DNA of 63,139 nt, counting the filler, from Octopus bimaculoides (lineage: Eukaryota), in assembly GCF_001194135.2 (NCBI RefSeq). It is 7 parts of 7 records of this genome, joined end to end, with 100 filler letters (N's around TTAATTAATTAA, not from the genome) between each part and the next. Parts side by side here need not be neighbours in the genome. Positions count along the whole stretch, not along the records: positions 57,314 to 63,139 come from NC_068994.1; 6 more parts are not named here. One strand, written 5' to 3'. Both the position numbers and the translations under genes were made by a program. Shown here one piece after another: positions 58,909 through 63,139 of the stretch. The notes under the pieces were generated by a model. That model searched no databases and was not told the origin of the DNA. It saw only the letters and a program-made list of their open reading frames with translations. How positions within the stretch are numbered: position 1 is the first letter of the stretch; every line of letters starts with the position of its first letter.

Positions 58909-59785
58909 NNNNNNNNNNNNNNNNNNNNNNNNNNNNNNNNNNNNNNNNNNNNNNNNNNNNNNNNNNNNNNNNNNNNNNNNNNNNNNNNNNNNNNNNNNNN
59001 NNNNNNNNNNNNNNNNNNNNNNNNNNNNNNNNNNNNNNNNNNNNNNNNNNNNNNNNNNNNNNNNNNNNNNNNNNNNNNNNNNNNNNNNNNNNNNNNNNNN
59101 NNNNNNNNNNNNNNNNNNNNNNNNNNNNNNNNNNNNNNNNNNNNNNNNNNNNNNNNNNNNNNNNNNNNNNNNNNNNNNNNNNNNNNNNNNNNNNNNNNNN
59201 NNNNNNNNNNNNNNNNNNNNNNNNNNNNNNNNNNNNNNNNNNNNNNNNNNNNNNNNNNNNNNNNNNNNNNNNNNNNNNNNNNNNNNNNNNNNNNNNNNNN
59301 NNNNNNNNNNNNNNNNNNNNNNNNNNNNNNNNNNNNNNNNNNNNNNNNNNNNNNNNNNNNNNNNNNNNNNNNNNNNNNNNNNNNNNNNNNNNNNNNNNNN
59401 NNNNNNNNNNNNNNNNNNNNNNNNNNNNNNNNNNNNNNNNNNNNNNNNNNNNNNNNNNNNNNNNNNNNNNNNNNNNNNNNNNNNNNNNNNNNNNNNNNNN
59501 NNNNNNNNNNNNNNNNNNNNNNNNNNNNNNNNNNNNNNNNNNNNNNNNNNNNNNNNNNNNNNNNNNNNNNNNNNNNNNNNNNNNNNNNNNNNNNNNNNNN
59601 NNNNNNNNNNNNNNNNNNNNNNNNNNNNNNNNNNNNNNNNNNNNNNNNNNNNNNNNNNNNNNNNNNNNNNNNNNNNNNNNNNNNNNNNNNNNNNNNNNNN
59701 NNNNNNNNNNNNNNNNNNNNNNNNNNNNNNNNNNNNNNNNNNNNNNNNNNNNNNNNNNNNNNNNNNNNNNNNNNNNNNNNNNNNN

Positions 59786-59786
<1 letters not shown>

Positions 59787-59838
<52 letters not shown>

Positions 59839-60596
59839 CATATACACTGAATCCAATAATATTTATTCCTTTATCTATGTACAGTATAGAACGTGCATGC
59901 CTATATCTTATATAGACACACATACAAGTGGGAACTCCTGTACTTTTAAATCTTAAATTATGTATATGCATATTTGTGTGTATATACATTGTATATGTAT
60001 CTGTTTATAAATATATATGTATATATATATAATATATATGTATACACACCACATACACACAAACATATATACACACTGGATTTATGTGTGTGTTTGTAAG
60101 TTTGTGTATTCCAACTCGTACCCATCATTAATATGCATTACAATTTTCTCAATCATATAAATATGTACATATATAAAAGTTTTTCCTAATTATAGATATA
60201 TAGTAACATAAGCAGACACGTGCGCACACGCGCGCACACACACACACACTCACACACACATTGATACACACATACGCACCCATATATATATATTTGTGTG
60301 TGTGTGCATGTTTATGTATATATATATATATATATATACATACACATATAAATATATATATTTATATCTATATATATATTTATATACATATACAAATATA
60401 CACATGTATGTATATATGTATATATATTCATGTATATATATATGTATGTTTATATCTGTATAATGAAAGTATATATAAAAATAAATTTATGTATGTTTAT
60501 ATATGCAAGTGTGAATATATATATATATACATATATATATAAACATGTATATATGTATGTATGCATATATATATGTATATCTAAGTATATACATAT

Positions 60597-60663
<67 letters not shown>

Positions 60664-61046
60664 AAGAGAGGGAGTTATCTATCTATCTATCCATCCATCT
60701 ATCTATATATCTATCTATCTCTATATACACACACACATATATATACACGCATATATATATACAGGCATACAGACAGACAGATAGACAGACAGACAGACAG
60801 ACAGATAGATAGATAGATAGCTAGATAGATAGAGAGAGATAGATAGATAGATAGGCAAATATTTAATTATCTACCTATCAGGTACACTTATATACACACA
60901 CGTATTCAAATATTCATTTGTGGAAATGTGTGTTTATCTATAAATCTATATACACTAATATACAGTTACATAATTACATTGCTAATAATACATATATATG
61001 CATGTGCGTATGTTCATATTTGTATCTTAGAGTTGCTTGTGTGTTG

Positions 61047-61078
<32 letters not shown>

Positions 61079-62461
61079 AGAGAGAGAGTGTGTATGTGCA
61101 CACACAATTAATGTACATATTTGCATTTGGCATCCACAAATATATTCAACTTATACATAGAAGGTTGTACACATTTATGCATATATGTATATACATTCAC
61201 CCACACACAATCACAACACCTTAATTCAATATATATATTGTACATATATATCATCTAGAGATAACAGAATCTCTTAGATACATAAAAATATAAACATACA
61301 TTCATATATACAGATTAATTCATACATTATGTAAACCAAATGGGGAAAAAAAAATGCATATACACATATATATATATTCATGTGTGGATATATGTGTGTG
61401 TGCGTTTATATACTCATATATAGACGTCTATATATGTATGCTGGAATAAATATATGGACACATTTTCATAGAAGCATACATTCACACACTCATGTGTATA
61501 TATATGTGTGTGTGTGCATATCAATGTCTGTTTCAGTGTGTGTATATGCATGTAATTATATCTATCTATCTATATGCATATATATATATATANNNNNNNN
61601 NNNNNNNNNNNNNNNNNNNNNNNNNNNNNNNNNNNNNNNNNNNNNNNNNNNNNNNNNNNNNNNNNNNNNNNNNNNNNNNNNNNNNNNNNNNNNNNNNNNN
61701 NNNNNNNNNNNNNNNNNNNNNNNNNNNNNNNNNNNNNNNNNNNNNNNNNNNNNNNNNNNNNNNNNNNNNNNNNNNNNNNNNNNNNNNNNNNNNNNNNNNN
61801 NNNNNNNNNNNNNNNNNNNNNNNNNNNNNNNNNNNNNNNNNNNNNNNNNNNNNNNNNNNNNNNNNNNNNNNNNNNNNNNNNNNNNNNNNNNNNNNNNNNN
61901 NNNNNNNNNNNNNNNNNNNNNNNNNNNNNNNNNNNNNNNNNNNNNNNNNNNNNNNNNNNNNNNNNNNNNNNNNNNNNNNNNNNNNNNNNNNNNNNNNNNN
62001 NNNNNNNNNNNNNNNNNNNNNNNNNNNNNNNNNNNNNNNNNNNNNNNNNNNNNNNNNNNNNNNNNNNNNNNNNNNNNNNNNNNNNNNNNNNNNNNNNNNN
62101 NNNNNNNNNNNNNNNNNNNNNNNNNNNNNNNNNNNNNNNNNNNNNNNNNNNNNNNNNNNNNNNNNNNNNNNNNNNNNNNNNNNNNNNNNNNNNNNNNNNN
62201 NNNNNNNNNNNNNNNNNNNNNNNNNNNNNNNNNNNNNNNNNNNNNNNNNNNNNNNNNNNNNNNNNNNNNNNNNNNNNNNNNNNNNNNNNNNNNNNNNNNN
62301 NNNNNNNNNNNNNNNNNNNNNNNNNNNNNNNNNNNNNNNNNNNNNNNNNNNNNNNNNNNNNNNNNNNNNNNNNNNNNNNNNNATACACACACACACACAT
62401 GCACACATACAAACAAACATACACATATATATATATATAAATATATGTTTGTGTATATTTG

Positions 62462-62547
<86 letters not shown>

Positions 62548-63091
62548 CTTATACATGATGGGTTGTATGTTTGTGTGCATATGTGTGGGTATATATATGT
62601 ACTTATACATAAATACATACATACATGCATGCATACATACACAGATGCATACATACACACAAATATATATGGAAAAAAACAAAAACATGAAAACAGGAAC
62701 AAGGGATAAGTTCACGATATATAGATCTAACTTGGTGGATAGATAGATAAATAGATTGATAAAGAGCTATACACACTGAGAGATAGCTATCAACATAAAA
62801 TACATATATGTGTGTGAATGCACACACACACACATGTATTTATATTCATATGCATATATAAATATACTGTGTATACAGATATATACATATATGTGTTTGT
62901 ATTAATATGTGTATATCAATATATATATATATACATACATACATATATATATATAATTACATATATATATTTATATACAAACACATATGATGAAGATGAT
63001 GACGATGATGATGATGATGATGATGACAACATGTGTACATATATACATACATAAATATATATACACACACACACATAGATATATTCATATG

Positions 63092-63139
<48 letters not shown>
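59787..63139. repeat. Microsatellite-dominated tract: (TA)n, (TG)n, (TAGA)n, (GAT)n
   Basis: Seen directly. Confidence 0.95.

Noticed and set aside
1-63139. True tRNA, rRNA or CRISPR features
   Set aside because: tRNA-like boxes occur only as SINE heads without cloverleaf 3' arms. There is no rRNA similarity and no repeat-spacer array.

Overview
AT-rich eukaryotic genomic DNA that is gappy and loaded with microsatellites. The SINE/LINE repertoire is the one I associate with octopus, probably O. bimaculoides (inference). Almost all long entries in the ORF track are microsatellite or N-gap artefacts. Recognisable content is mostly decayed, nested transposable elements: RTE LINEs (a cluster at 29.7-41.9 kb), R4/Dong-type REL-endonuclease LINEs, CR1/L2-group LINE 3' ends, Penelope-like (PLE) fragments, mariner, DD37D (maT) and DD41D-like (rosa) DNA transposons, Helitron pieces, three tRNA-derived SINE families and several fold-back elements. 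The only well-supported host-gene piece is a minus-strand last coding exon (42864-42917, AEKYINWLEQAEEEDSE*) ending a W2-domain translation factor; eIF2B-epsilon is my best guess. The most interesting signal is a set of hammerhead ribozyme (HHR) motifs in PLE-like fragments. Several are minimal type I motifs with a palindromic stem III, including a 152-bp tandem pair. Two loci with different sequences (3898-3957 and 54537-54600, both minus strand) contain all HHR helices in a non-nested, triple-crossing (pseudoknotted) order that matches none of types I, II or III, and their stems co-vary. All structures were derived by eye and none has been tested computationally or biochemically.
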